DNA from: Hormiphora californensis
Lineage: Eukaryota > Animalia > Ctenophora
NCBI GenBank assembly: GCA_020137815.1
Contig: CM035358.1
Span: 2,480,001-2,544,000, forward strand
Length of the DNA: 64,000 nt
Direction: 5' to 3'
In this document: piece by piece, positions 1 through 18,548 of the stretch
Position numbering within the stretch: the stretch's first letter is position 1
Layout of the letters: each line of letters begins with the position of its first letter
The notes under the pieces: model-generated
The model's database searches: none
Told to the model about the DNA's origin: nothing
What the model saw: only the letters and a program-made list of their open reading frames with translations
Program-made: the position numbers and the translations under genes

Positions 1-107
1 CTATTTTAGAACTTGAAAATAATTTAATTAAAATCTAAAAAATCACTCAGTACAGTTCCTGCAAATCCCAGACTGAGACAGAGTAACTATGTACATGAGG
101 ATTGAGG

Positions 108-271
108 GGCGATTCAAAAAGGACGTCCAGGGGTAGGGGGAGGGGGAGGTAGCCGATTTCGGACATCTCTGGACTAGGGGGGGGGGGGGGGTCTGGCAGA
201 TTCAGACAGGGGGAGGGAGGGGGGGGGGGGTAAAAATGACCAAAATTCAAGGACGTCCTTTTTGAATCGCC
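108..271. mobile_element. Small MITE-like element
   Basis: Perfect 21-bp inverted repeat GGCGATTCAAAAAGGACGTCC at 108-128 and 251-271, G-run-rich interior; TSD not resolved. Confidence 0.6.
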
Positions 272-428
272 ACACAAACCTTAATTATGACAGTGTCGTT
301 TGAAAGGCTATGAGTAAAATAAAATGTCGTTCGCTTAGATAAGTGTTATTAATGTCTAATACCTCTTTAGTTCTGCCTCGGATATTTCCTCAGTTTCAGA
401 TTCCTCGTGTTCCCCTTCTTCAAGTTCC

Positions 429-504
<76 letters not shown>

Positions 505-3500
505 ACATGGTGTCCTGGAAGGAGGTTAAACCTCGCCTAGATTTGAGGACTAAATTATACCATTATCTGTATCATGATGAGGGGGTGATCCCTGTGTTGA
601 TCTCACGTGGTTCAAAGTTTGGTCAGGCATAGAAGACTCGGGATGTTACAAAGGTGAACAAATTTCAATAGCAAAATTTGTCAGGTAAATGCTCTGACCG
701 CGGTTCTCCGAAAGAATAGAATAGTTCATTTTTTGAAAAAAATGTAGATTATGTCGAATCAAAAGATTCCTTTCCGAATTCTGATGATGTAAAATTTGTT
801 TCAAATAATCTTATCATATTAGGCTGTCCAGTATTGATTGTCGTTGGGCTTTTATGGAAAAATGGTTTGAGAAATGAAAATAGAGAAAAAAAAAATTTGG
901 CCTTAAACCCCCCCGGGTTTTTTTCTCACCGTTTTTAGATCGGAATTAAATGCTTGGTATGGGGTTTTTGGGCCGTTCCTTTTCCCACGGGCCCTTATTT
1001 TCTTTTTTTAGGGCCACCTTGTTCCCCGCTGAAAGGGGGGTTCCCAATTTTTTTTAAAACCTGCGGGTAAAAAAATGGAAACAGTTTTTAGCCCCGTTTG
1101 CTCAATCGATAGAAAATCGCAAAGGGAAATGAGGTAGTATCCGTTTTGGGGGTCTTTCGCCGTTCACAAATTAACCTTTTAAAACAGTAAATGAAAACAC
1201 AAAAAGCGAAAAAGTTTCCCGGGGCGTTTTTGGGGCCATTTAAAACCCCCCCAAAATTTGGGTTTCACTTTAAAATTCAAACCAATCCCCAAATTTATTT
1301 CCCAAATCCTTAGCCCATGAATTTTTCTCTTTTTTTTTAAAACTTTTTGGGGCCCGGCCGTAAAAAATTTCAATTTTTAAACCAAAATTTTTGGGAAAGT
1401 GGTTTTCCCTTGCCAGTAAACAAAAAAAATAGGATGGTTTTTTAAAATTCGATTTTTTTAGTAAAATTTGGTTTTCCAAAATGCCCCCAAACTTGAGGGG
1501 GAAAAAAAACCTCCAACCCCCTCCGGTCCCAAAATTTTTAAAATTTCCAGAAAAACTTTGAATTTTTCCACCCAAAACCCTTTTTCCCAAAAACCCCAAG
1601 GGGAAACCAATTGGAAAACCCTTTTGGGGAAACCGAAACGGGCCCAACAAAACCGGGATCCAAACGATATTTCCGATTAAAATCGCTTGGGGAAAAAACG
1701 GGGGGGAAGTTTTGTCTATTTTAAAAAAAAAGGGGGAAAGAAATAAAAGAAGCTAATATGAAAAATGGGTTAAATTTTTCCAATTTGTTTTATTTGGGGT
1801 TCCTTCCTTTTCGGAAATCACAATCCGGGTCCCCCCAAAATTAAACCTTTCCCCAAAAGGGCCCTATTGTTAAGAAGGGGGCCCAAAGTTAATTAAGCTA
1901 TTTTAAAATAGGGGGAAAAGGGAGAGAAGAATAAGAGAAAGAAGTGAATGGATTTTAGAAAAACGGGAGAAAGGATTGCCATGGGGGGGTTAGTTTTAAA
2001 GAAAAATCAATACCAGGATAAAAAATTTAAATTGAGCCAAACTAGTTTTTATTTTAAGGGGGCCCATTTTTTTAAAACTTTAACTTTTTAAAATTTTTTA
2101 AACAAATAGCAAAACCCCCTTTTATGCAAAACCCCAGGAAAACTTTGAAAAATTAATTATTGGCAAAAAAAAACCCGGGGTTAAAACCCCCTTGGCCTTA
2201 AGGGGTTTAATGAAAAAAACTCGGGGAACTAAAGAAAAAAAACCCCCCAAACCCCATAAGTTTTTACCCCTTTACCAAAGGCCCCCCCCGGGCCCCCCTT
2301 TTTTTCCCCTTTAAACCCTTTGGATTCTCACCTTTTTTCTTTTAAAATCAACCCCTATTAAAAACCCCTTTCCTTTTTAAAACCCCACCATTTCACCCCC
2401 TCCCCCCGGTTAGGGTTTTTTGATAAGGATTTTTTTTAGTTCATAAAATTCGAAAGTAAACCCGGGGAAATACTTTTTCCAACACATCCCCCACGCCTCC
2501 TCATCCCTTTTCTTTGCAGCTTCTTGTCGTTTCCTGGGCCCTTCTCAACCCTCTCCTGTTCTTTTTTGCCCTTGTGACGGAAAGAGGGAAAGAGGTTATT
2601 TGGGGGTGGAGAAGAACCCAAAGAAATTATTTTGCCCCCCGGCATTCAAAGGGCTCGTTTATTAAATGTAGCATTTTTAGTCATGTCTTTTAAAATTTTT
2701 TTTAGGGTATTTTTGTTAGGTTAAAAAAGGAATTTTTTAAAAAAAGGGGAGGGGGGGGGGGAATTTTAATAAAAACTACTTTGTTTAAGTGGGGGAAAAA
2801 ATGTAAAAAATTTAAATAGATTAAAAAAACCCCTCGAGACAAAATTTTCAAAGGGTCACTCGACAAAAACTTCTTTTCACATCTTTCGAGAGATCAATTA
2901 ACAAGATCTAGGGGCGTTTCGCTGACTTTAAAAACCGGGGTATCTACCCTCGGTTCTCTCTTGCCCGGGCCTTTTCGAAAATTAAAATTTTTATCCTAAA
3001 GGGAAAAAGCATTTTCTCTAAAGGGAAGAAACCCCAACATTGCGGGAAAATTTCTTTTTTGCTCGTATGTGGTGCTTTTCCCTAATTTTTTTCCAATTTT
3101 AGTTTAAACCCCTTTTCAGTAGTGGTTTTTAATTTAATTTACCCCCTTTTGTTTAAACATTTAAAAAATTAAAAATTTTTTTATCCTCAAATGTGATTTT
3201 TCTTTTCCCCCCCACAACAAAGCTGCCTTTATTTTAACTCCCCTTTTCCAAGGCTCACACTATAAGTCACACTGAGTCCACACAAAAAAACACTGGGTTG
3301 CCCTCTCACCCCGGGGGACAGCCCCTCACACCGTTCTATTCCCCTCTCTCCTCTTCCCCTCTCCCCCCCCGGTCTCCCCTTTTCCTCCCTTTTCCCCCTC
3401 CCCTCTCCCCCTCTCTCTCTTCTCTCTCTCCCCCTCTCTCTCTTCCCCCCCCACATTTCCCCTCTATTTCGGACCCTTGGTTAGCTCCGGGTTTCCCTCG

Positions 3501-4320
3501 GCCATTTCATGCTGATGGTCTTGGAAAGGGGTACAGTTTTGTATCGCACGTGATGCCCCTTGGGTAGATTTTGTAGATGAAATGAAAAAAATTGGTGTTT
3601 ACACGGGGGCAAAAAAAAAAGGGGAATTTCAACGGGTCAAGACCCCAAGCCCTTTCAACAAAAGAGGAATAAAAGGGGCCAAAGGGGGTTTCATCAATTT
3701 TTTATGGGCTTCCCAAAATTTTTTTAGTTGGTGGGGCCGTAAACCTCTCTAATTTTGTTTTGCGAACTTCCCCAGGGGATTTTGTAAGGGTGACGCTCAC
3801 CAAAAAATTTCCACCCTGTTTTTTTTTAAAAAAATGCTTAAAAAATTTTTCTTTTCTTTTAAAAAAAGAGGAAACTGTTTGGTATAAACTTAAACGCAAA
3901 AACGGCGAATATGTGAAACACATTCAACAGCCTATCATAGATCCACTCTTTTCGTTCTCTCGGAATCCACGCTTTAGTTTGTTTCTGAAATGTGTGTACA
4001 TTATTTGAATTGTTCATACTTTATTTTTAGGGGCACAAAGGTCAACGCTAACCTTACAGTTTGTCCTTTGCATATAAAACAAACTTTTTTCAAGAAACCT
4101 CCCGCACCGGGCAAAGAGGTTCATCATAGGGGGAAATTAAACACCAAAAATCATCCCCTTCCGGGATGCTCTCTATTTCCTTGCCGGCACAAGGGAAAAA
4201 AACCCCCCAAACCCCGAGCTGCGAAGCAGGTAACATTTTTTTTTGAAAAAAACCCCTCAACGGGTTTTTTCCCAGTCTCTAGTCTTTTGGGGGTGGTTGA
4301 AAAAGCGCTTTTTTGAAGGC

Positions 4321-4540
4321 TCGTGGGTGGCCCCGTGGGGGGTCGGTAACGTAGTTAATTTTTCTTTTTTTTGACTACCAGGGGAATGGTTTAAAAAGAA
4401 GCTGGTTTTACCCCACCCCCCCTTTTAACTTTAAACGGGGGGGGTTAAAACCAGCTTCTTTTTAACCATTTCCCCTGGTTACTGTCAAAATAAAGCAACT
4501 TAACTACGTCTACCGAGCCACCCTCACCCCCCGAGCCCTT
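4321..4540. repeat. Degenerate ~220-bp palindrome, probable MITE
   Basis: ACCAGGGGAATGGTTTAAAAAGAAGCTGGTTTTA mirrored by TAAAACCAGCTTCTTTTTAACCATTTCCCCTGGT; lies in low-quality sequence. Confidence 0.5.
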
Positions 4541-5986
4541 CAACCCATAGCCTTTTGTACTCTTTTGCTTAAAAGGGGGGGTTACTTCAAAACAAAGTGT
4601 TTTAAGTATGATCTAAATTTTAGACTCCCTCTCCACACCTGCTCACCTTTTGTTCTTGATCTACAACAGCCCCGGGGTTGAAAAACATACCATTAAACAG
4701 ACGCGTCCAATGATTTTGTCTCCTCTCTTTTTCCCCCCCTCCTCTTCCCCTCCTCTCCCCCTCTCTCTCTCTCCCCTCTCCTCCTCGCTGACTAAAAACC
4801 CCACCACAAACCAGGAACAAATTTAGTTTAAGCCTTTGGTATGGCACTACGCTCCGTCAAGACATTTTGAAAAAGTTTGCTTCGCCTGATTTATGAGAAT
4901 GGGAGGGGGGGTCATTAAAAGATTATTGAGTTGAGTGGATATGGGAAATGTGAGTGGAAAAAGCTCTTGAAGAAAAAAGAAAATTATCGTCAAGCTGGTT
5001 TCAAAATTAATAGTTTACGCGCTGGTGTGGGTGGGTAGTATCAGGTTTCCCTGCTTTGAGAGATGTGCGAGAACAGTAATGACATGGAAATAGCACAGCA
5101 AATTATTCAACTCCATAGCCCATATGGTAATTGCCCACACTCCCCCAAGTTTTAGTTTGGCCATGATTTTCGTGATTTTCTTATATCAAGAGATATATTA
5201 AACCTGTTTTGAATATTCTACAGGTTCTTGCGTCCCAAGCGGTTATGTAATTTACTCTCCAAATTATTACCAAGACATGGTCATTCCCCCTCTTCTTATC
5301 TTCTTCTCTCTATCTCTTCTTCTCTCCTTCTATCTATCTCTATCACGTTACCAGTACCAAGACGTGATCATAATTCTCCCATACACACATGAAATTGTAA
5401 GCCAAAAGAAGGAATATCTTCTTTCTTTCGCCTAAAAGTTTATCTGAGGCGAGACTATCACCTTGAGTTTTTTGACAGCTGCGGTAGCACCTCGCTTGAG
5501 ATTTAACTAAATCTGTATCCTTTACTGTGAGCCTCTCAACTTGATTTTTCTTGGCAGGGTAGGGGAAGTGGTTACTGTCATGTTAGGTACTGTAGAAGAA
5601 AGAAAGCGCCTACTTTTAATAGCTTTCACTGTTTATAAGTTTATTTTAAATAGTTTAGTCGTATCACGTGATATCACACCTGTATTGCGTATCAACCCCT
5701 ATTTAGGGTTGGTAATATCGCAACCTGTCCACTTATTTGGATAAGCTCAATCTCAGTCAATCTCGATTTAGAACCCCTTCCTATCTCTCTCAGAGAATTG
5801 GCCTGACCCTATTTTCATTTCTTTCAAAAGCGTGCGAGAACTGTGGTCAGAGCATTGGCCTGACAGTGCTATCTTGTTGTGTTCTAACTTCTAACCCTCA
5901 TTTACATTTGCACGGAGAGAGAGGGTCGAGCAGGAGATCTAGCTAAGAAACCTGAAACACAATATATCGAATTAAGTGATACTTAC

Positions 5987-6168
5987 AATATTCTTCATAA
6001 TTTGAGCCTTTCTGTAGACAACATCTTCCTCTTGTGAGAGTGGCCTTGTGGTGGGCACGGATTTCCTTTTGCTGACGAAAGTGGTCTCAGCTCTCACCTA
6101 GTAGAGAAGATGGAGTGAGATGTTTATAATATGAGATGGAGACTGGAGACTCTCCTAGAGTGAGAGAG

Positions 6169-6259
<91 letters not shown>

Positions 6260-7787
6260 CAGAGACAGAGACAGAGACAGAGACAGAGACAGAGACAGAG
6301 ACAGAGAGAGAGAGAGAGAACAGAGAGAAGAGAGAGGGAGAGAGAGAGAGACGGAGATAGAGAGAGAGAAGAGTATAATAAGAGATAGAGATAGCGAGAG
6401 GAGCGGCGAGAGATATAAGAGAGCGGATAGAGAGAGAGAGGGAGGTGAGAAGTGGTATCCGAACTGTTAATGGTTTTTACTACCCTGATATATTTTCGTT
6501 TATCAAGCAATCCCGAAGCCAATTGAGAGCTATGTAGATATGTTAGCACAACGCCTGGTTTCCTTGCCCGCTCCCAGCGTCGTATTTTGATGAAATTTTG
6601 GGAATATTCTGTTGAAAGTGCAATTCAAGCACCATGGGAATGAAATAGCACAGTAACATGGGTGCTTGTAGTGAGAATACAGTATCGGTTCAACACGGTA
6701 TCAGTGAAAAACGGTAAGACGAGACCAATCAGAGCGCCAGATTGACAACACGTGATACATATGTATTTCAGGAACCGTAATGGTCAAGTACCGTATTATT
6801 CAGACACCGTATTCCCACTACAGGCAGCACTGTAATGGTCCACTACAAGATTTTACTGTTAAAGGTTGACAAAAAGAAATGTTTTTATCTTGTAAAAGGG
6901 TCGCTTTTTTACTTGTATCTAATGCAAAGCAGGGATGATTTTGCAAGAGGTCGGGTCCGCACGCTCATACGGAGCAGGATCAGCGAGAGATCGAGAGAGA
7001 GAGAGCGAGATAGATCTTATACGAAGGGAGAAGGAGAGCGTGCGACTGAGAAGAGAGCGGAGAAGGCGAGAGAGAGGGCGAAGAGAGAGGAGAGCTCTCT
7101 CTCTCTCTCTCGATCGCGCGGCTCTCGCCTCTCTCTCTCTGCTCTCGCTCATCCCTGTCTCTCTCCCTTTAGCGCGAACTAAGAGCAACTTTGAACTTTT
7201 TAACCCTTGATTTCATCATCTAAGGGCAGCTCTACACGTGCTTCTATTTTTATCATTTAGCAGGCCCACAATTGAACTTTGCTGTCTATCATACTTTGCC
7301 GGCCCAGCTTCATCCAATTATATGAAAGACTTTATATTGGAAGTAATTTTGATATCTCCTTCTGGTGATCAACACACACACACACGCCCTCTGTACAACA
7401 GTTTAATGGGGAATCTCACACATACACGGGCAGAACTCGGTTAAGGAGAGATTAATTAGTATTCTGAATTATTCAGAAGACTTTATATTATGTTACCCAA
7501 AAAGATAGGAGGGGTAGCCAGCACCTGCTACCAGGTTAACTTCCTGACACAACCTACCTTTTTGGTTTCTAACATACGTAGACCTAGCTACCTTTTTCCC
7601 TTGGTTCCAAACATCACTTACCTTTTTCCCCTTGGTTCCAGACATCACTTACCTTTTTCCCCTTGGTAAGAGGGTTGGTAAACTTGGTCCGGTATTGTTG
7701 GTATTGACACGAAGCAGCAGGGATCAGGGATCTTGAGGTGAGAATCATACCAGTCCTACCACTCAGAACCCCTAAAACCATTGTCAT
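5987..7787 (-). CDS. 5' part of an unidentified gene; basic, acid-free N-terminus resembling a mitochondrial presequence
   Basis: Exons 7787-7653 (MTMVLGVLSGRTGMILTSRSLIPAASCQYQQYRTKFTNPLTKGKK) and 6097-5987 (VRAETTFVSKRKSVPTTRPLSQEEDVVYRKAQIMKNI) join in frame with GT-AG; downstream exons not found. Confidence 0.45.
6172..6320. repeat. (GA)n/(GAGACA)n microsatellite
   Basis: Seen directly; other (GA)n tracts at ~431-501, 10818-10972, 13980-14104, 51135-51308, 53525-53599, 62290-62380. Confidence 0.95.
6661..6829. mobile_element. Old MITE-like element
   Basis: Imperfect ~23-bp inverted termini (TGCTTGTAGTGAGAATACAGT / ACCGTATTCCCACTACAGGCA). Confidence 0.45.
7339..7476. mobile_element. Solo diverged fragment of the 321-bp tRNA-like repeat unit
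   Basis: Matches the unit segment GGAAGTAATTTTGATATCTCC...AAGGAGAGATTAATT; flanked by direct repeat AAGACTTTATATT (7326-7338, 7477-7489). Confidence 0.8.
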
Positions 7788-8939
7788 GGCTAGACAAAGA
7801 GAGCAGGGGGTGTTAGTACAATAGTATTCATGCCTATATCCCCTATATCCTCATTTCCGCTAGAACCGCGGTCAGAGCATTGGCCTGACAGTGGTATTCT
7901 AGGGTTCACAGTTAGATCACAGTTAGAGGGACTATCTGCTATTATATCTCCTTGTTCTGACCCTCCTTTACATTTGCGGTTCACGGTGAAACAGGGTCGA
8001 GCAAGGCAATTATCGCCATGGTACTGTGTAGCTGCAGGACAGTATCATATCATTAGTAGTTCACACTACGCATTGTCTAAATACTTAGATCATGGGTAGT
8101 GTGAATTCAATTGGATATATTGGAGATAAGATCATACATAGTATTACCAACACTGTTTGGAAAGACAGTAGTATATCATTCATGATTAATGAACGTCAGA
8201 ATGACATATCTTGTTCCAGAATTTTTACCAGACATTTAAATAAAATATTTCAGCTTATAAAAGCTAGAATATTTTATTAATATGAACTAGTATATAGAAC
8301 TAGTATAGGTATAGATATAGAGTATAGCGAAAGAGATGATAGTTTTGTTTTAATATTTTACCTCTTTTTCCAACTCTTAGCTCTTAGTTCTTTTAGCCTA
8401 TCATCTAATGGAATCCCAATGTATATAGGGAGTTTTGAGAGCATTAATCTCGCGTCACTTTGGTATATTATAACTTACCAAGCACCCTTCGACAAACGTA
8501 TGTAACCATCACCGCCTACCGGATTTATAAGACAGCTCATCATCTCGAAATCAGTCTCTCCTAATCCGTTTATCTTTTTATCGACATGTCATATAAATGA
8601 GATAAATGGATCCCTTCAGAGCACCCATCAGATCGTGATGAACAGTCCTTACCAAATCCTTTGTAAGAGAGGGAGCATTATAGATGGTCCTAGATCCTTC
8701 ATTAGATGGTCCTTCAAGTACCCAAACATTTGGTACAATTTAAAGTGGTAATGGAACCCCTCCCTCTCCATGAAGACAAACTACTAGAGACTATTATAAT
8801 AGTAGTCGACCTACTTCTCTATGATATAGTAGCATGTATATAGTGATCGACTATAGATCGAGTGAGGGGTTAGGTGAAGTGATGTTTGAGGTGCGATAAA
8901 ATTTAATATTTGCGCCTTGTTTACAAGAATCAGGAGCTG

Positions 8940-8973
<34 letters not shown>

Positions 8974-9617
8974 AGCCAGTACGAAGAGAGAGATATAGAG
9001 CGATAAGCGAATAGAGAGAGGATATAGAGAGGAGCAGCGATCTAAATAGAGAGAGAATCGCAGAGAGAAGAGAGAGTGAGAAAGAGAGAGATAAGGATAG
9101 AGCTAAAGCGGAACCTCTAGCGAGACTAAGAGAGAAGAAAACGAGAAAAAGGAAGTAACGATGCTCCGAATCTCCGTTTACTATTTCTGCCGCGGCATTT
9201 GCCAAATCATTAGCAGTGTTATCCTCCATACTTTTTACCATTCTACTACGTGGACACCTTCTACTACTGCATGAACATCTGTCGTTCATTTTCATTGTGT
9301 TGTATGTTTGGGGGTGACAGATGTTGGGAGGGTTCATCCCTTTAGAGAGAGTGTTGGAGTTGCGCATGAATAGTCAATTTGGTACCTGCCCATTCTCTTA
9401 GTTGCTGAGCCATTCCCTAATTTGCCGGACAGATTATATAGACATTAGACCCCTTCAATTTGCCCCATTTGTGTTACCATTCCCAATATCCCTGACAAAG
9501 TTGCATAGACGTTTGTTATTGGTTTATAAATCTGATTCAGAGTAATTATAAATTACAATACTGCTAACACTCATTTCTATAACGAAAACACAACACTCAT
9601 ATCACACTCAGATCCCT

Positions 9618-10394
9618 CTAGAAGCACTCTCCTCGGTCGATGGCTCGCTGTCGGGCTCTGCGGTTCTGGAACCAGATGGTAACAGCTTTGGGGGTCACGT
9701 TGATCTTCCTGGCAAGGTCATCCCTCTGTTTTCCCCGGACAAAGTTGCATTTGAAGAACTCCTCCTCAAGAATCTGGAGGTGGGAGGGGGTGAATCCAGT
9801 GCGGACTCGTTTCATCTTGTTGATCTGCTGGCTCCTTCGCAGTCCATCCGCAGTCTGGTCAGGGAAGTCCACGTCGCCCAGGGAGGGGGCAGGAGTAGGC
9901 TGTTGTTGGGGGACTGGAGCGGGTTGTTGGTGGGGCAGGGTCTGGGCAGCTCCACACGGCATGGTGACGGGAAAGGGGATGTAGGACGGAGAGTCGTAGT
10001 GAAGACGGGGGTGGTGTAGGTTGAAGACCTCCATGGCGAGGGGGCTCCTCGTCCGTCTCCAATGGGGGCTCCCGGCAGATGGGCTTCCTCCTGATCACTC
10101 GCAAAGTCGCTGTTGGGTTGGGAGGCTGTGGTGGTTCCGGGGAAGGTCTCGCTGTGTCTGGGCTGGTGGCCTCACAGGTCCTCCGTTGCATAGGGGGATG
10201 CCACGGTGAGGCAGGTTCGAGTAGTGATCCTGATCTGGGGGATGGTGGGGGCGTGTGGTGTTAGGGGAGTAGTATCCGAGCGGCATGTTGTAGAAATGAA
10301 GGGATCTAGGGGCAGACGGTGAGCAGGGAGAGCAGAGACGGTCAAGTTTCCTCATTGGGGGTGTTATGGTAGAGCAGGTTTGGATGGAGCTCAT
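9618..10394 (-). CDS. Divergent Q50 homeodomain protein (PRD-like); 5' end uncertain
   Basis: KRVRTGFTPSHLQILEEEFFKCNFVRGKQRDDLARKINVTPKAVTIWFQNRRARQR in ORF 9618-10034; upstream Pro/Gln/Ser-rich ORF 10095-10394 is in the same frame behind one TGA. Confidence 0.85.
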
Positions 10395-10814
10395 GTTTGT
10401 TGAAGAGTGCTGGTTAGTTGTTGATGAAGAGAAGAGAGGTAGTTGTTGTTGTTGTTGGTTGGGAATGGTTATGTTTGAAATGTGGCTGGGTTATATACCC
10501 CCTGATTGGGTTGACAAGCTGGGGTGTCGGGTAACTGCAACAAGCAATACCCCTCCCTCCTGGACTCTCCCACCCTGTTACACGACCTTGTTAGTAGAGA
10601 CCACGTGACCTCCACCATCCCAGGGATGTATACCACGTGACCCTGTCAAGCTACACCACCCATGGGAAGATCACTTTTCCGCAGATTGGGTGGTGGAGAG
10701 AGAGCATGTGACCGATTGTAATTGGGGACAGGTGAGAGAGAGAGTTTGGGTTGTAATGAGGGAGAGCGCATGGGGTGTAATTGGAGAGAGAGCGAGCATG
10801 TGACCGATTATAAT

Positions 10815-10976
<162 letters not shown>

Positions 10977-11359
10977 GGGAAAATCAAAGAGAGAGAGTGA
11001 GAGCATGATGCCATGAGACCTGGTTTAGAGAGAAAGGGAGGTGTGGGAGAGTTGAATTGGGTATGGAGAGAGTTGATTTGGTAATGGAGAGGCACTCTAA
11101 AGTGTGTTGACTGTGAAGTGAGCCCCAAAACAAGATCACAGTTAAATAATAATACCAGCTACCGAGCCCCACCAATCAGCACAGACTTGTTAAGTTCATG
11201 TAGCAGTAAGTTTGCTAGTCACAATTAACTCACTCGCTCCCCACTATCACTAGGATCAATAGGCCCCACCATATCTAACCGAACTAGTGCGTCATTTCTA
11301 TATCTCTTTCCCCATCGTTTCCTAATGAGCCCTAATTCCCTATTTAGCAGCACCACACC

Positions 11360-15708
<4,349 letters not shown>

Positions 15709-16721
15709 GGCACTCTCAAGTGTGTGCAACGCCACGTGACTCAGAACCTGAGTTGCGGGTTGCTCTGTGGTAGCGACGAGGCGTTTGCAGCCCTATAATG
15801 TCTAATTTATGTGCTAGATATGCTACAAAGCTGCTAGGAATCAAATGTACAGACTCCGTGAAGGAAAATATCCCGATTCATAGGATACACAGACTGATGA
15901 GACGACTCGAGAGGTTCTTCAGAAGAGTGAGCTGTCAAGCTCAAAATGATATTGCCTAACTCACCCCAGACCCTTTCTTGATCTGTTCATAGAGAGAAGG
16001 GGTCTGTGGCGAGCTAGGCAATTGGAGACAGAGGAGAGTCGCGTTTTTCGTAGTGCAAGAGTTTTTAATATTGACACGGTTGATAAGCCATGAAGGAACC
16101 CGTTACCCTCACATGTGTCACGTTTGCATCCCCAACCTGCTTCTGAGCAGCGTGATGAAGGTTATGATGCAAACTTAGTTAGAAATGATGTGTCTTGTCA
16201 CCTCAGAGAGAAGAAGAGTCCTGTCTCAGAATCTTTGAGAGGTGACGAGACACATCATCTCTAACTATATCGTTTCTATACAGATTTTGTGACGGAAAAA
16301 GTGTATATATATTTAATTTTATCTGTACATGTCGCTTTTAACTTTTTTGCTGTAACTTCCAGGCTTTAATTTGAAATAAATATGAAATAACTTGCCTTGT
16401 TCGACCCTCCCTCCCCGCGGAAAAAAGGTTTGAACAAAACAAGAAATAACAGTGTGAGGGGAGGGAAATAACAATAGGCTGGGGGTATGAGGGTAAGTAT
16501 AGGAGGGTAAAATTAAGGAGGACATATCATGGGAAAGGGTGTCGGTATGTGTGTGTGTGTGTCGTCCAATAGTCGTCATTGTAATTGTCCAGCTGCCTCA
16601 TGTCCAGTTTGTCCTGTTGGTGTACCTTAGGAGACTCCACTCACACAGTGGGATAGATAGTTTGATAACCGTTGATGTAAATACTGCCATGCCTGTGTGA
16701 GGAAGGGAGGGTCAAATAATG

Positions 16722-17592
16722 GGTAAGTCGGAAGAACCTGTCCGTTCCTCTCATGAGCGCTCATGAGTGTATCATGAGTGTGTCATGAGTGTATCATGAG
16801 TGTATCATGAGCGCTCATGAGACGTTTTTAGGTGTTTCAACGTCTCATGAGCGCTCATGAGTGTATCATGAGTGTGTCATGAGTGTATCATGAGCGCTCA
16901 TGAGTGCTCATGAGACCTTGCTCATGAGCGCTCATGAGACATATGTCTCATCCCATCTCTGTTTCAATGTCTCATGAGCGCTCATGAGACGTTTTGACCT
17001 ACATGTGCTCATGAGTGTATCATGAGACATGTCTCATGAGACATATGTCTCATGAGACGTTAGGGTTAGGGTTATCGTTGGGTTTAGGGTTGGGTTTAGG
17101 GTTAGGGCTTTCCTTTAGGTCTAGGGACCCGTAGAGGGTTGGGCTAGGTCCAAGCCTATGAGTCAACCCTAACCCTATCCCTATGGGTCCCTAGACCTAA
17201 AGGATAACCCTAACCCTAGCCCAACCGTAAACCCAACCATAACCCTAACCCTAACGTCTCATGAGACATATGTCTCATGAGACATGTCTCATGATACACT
17301 CATGAGCACATGTAGGTCAAAACGTCTCATGAGCGCTCATGAGACATTGAAACAGAGATGGGATGAGACATATGTCTCATGAGCGCTCATGAGCAAGGTC
17401 TCATGAGCACTCATGAGCGCTCATGATACACTCATGACACACTCATGATACACTCATGAGCGCTCATGAGATGTTGAAACACCTAAAAACGTCTCATGAG
17501 CGCTCATGATACACTCATGATACACTCATGACACACTCATGATACACTCATGAGCGCTCATGAGAGGAACGGACAGGTTCTTCCGACTTACC
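16722..17592. mobile_element. 871-bp foldback transposon built of TCATGA repeats with TTAGGG-like core, copy 1
   Basis: Termini GGTAAGTCGGAAGAACCTGTCC; 8-bp TSD AAATAATG (16714-16721, 17593-17600); near-perfect palindrome. Confidence 0.92.
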
Positions 17593-18548
17593 AAATAATG
17601 GACTTGAGTATACTGAGTGATTGGGGGAGATATGGTAATTATTGGAATCAAGGCATTGTGGTTCTGAAGTCAGGAAGCGCGCGTAGCATGTACGCTGACA
17701 ACTACTACTTTCAACATTTCTAACACAGTCGGTGACTGCGCGCGGCTGATAATCTACCTAAACTGTGCCCACAATGCCTCTCGATCTCACAACAGAGCAA
17801 TTAGGGGATAGGAAATGGAGCAGGGGATTCGGGGGCATTGAAACACGGTGATGGTTCTCTAAAATACACTAATTACATTTCTGTCATCAACATAAATTGT
17901 ACACATAAAAGTTTGAGTAAGTATTAAAAGAAAATAAAACCTTTCACTGTTTCAGGTCTGCATATGGTATTAACTCAGCCTAGCCAGCGCGTTAATCATA
18001 GTTCTCTCTCTCAACCTTTCTCCATTCTTGGTCCAATGTCATCATCTTTTAATTATTAGGCGTCAGAAGAACAATAAAAATAATAATAGTAATAATAATA
18101 ATCATCTGCGTATGGGCAAAATATAGAATCGTCATCTCATTAAAATGTTGGGTATCAAAATGAAATTGCTTTCTTCGGACTATCTGATGATTGTCAAACC
18201 TCCTTTATGAAGGCTGACATTTCTGTGTGTGTGCCCCAATAATGAATGTTCCGTCTCTCTCTCTCTGCTCTGGTCACTAATTATCAAAATCAGAATACAA
18301 AATATTTATCAGTAGCGCTCTCTAGTCTCTCTTTCTTTCTGGCTTGGGCCTACATGAATAAATATGTCACATCCTATAAGATACAGACCGACAGGCGTCT
18401 ATACATTTATGAGCGTTCAATAGCAAATTTTAGAATTTCACGCATTATAGCCACAGCGGTACCAGAGAACCAATACAACTCTCTCTGATACAAGAATAAT
18501 AATCATCTCTAAATATGACTCTACTTTCCTTCCACTTTCTTCTTCCAT

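Noticed and set aside
363-428. Possible acidic exon on the minus strand (ELEEGEHEESETEEISEAELK)
   Set aside because: Has AG/GT borders but cannot be linked to a gene or identified.
850-4900. K/F/G/P-rich ORFs and extreme homopolymer composition
   Set aside because: Pattern is typical of low-coverage consensus error; no reliable biology can be read.
6124-7210. RE/SL-repeat ORFs here and at other (GA)n tracts
   Set aside because: Translations of microsatellites.
8040-9400. Possible decayed retroelement or gene
   Set aside because: No recognisable motifs and frequent stops.
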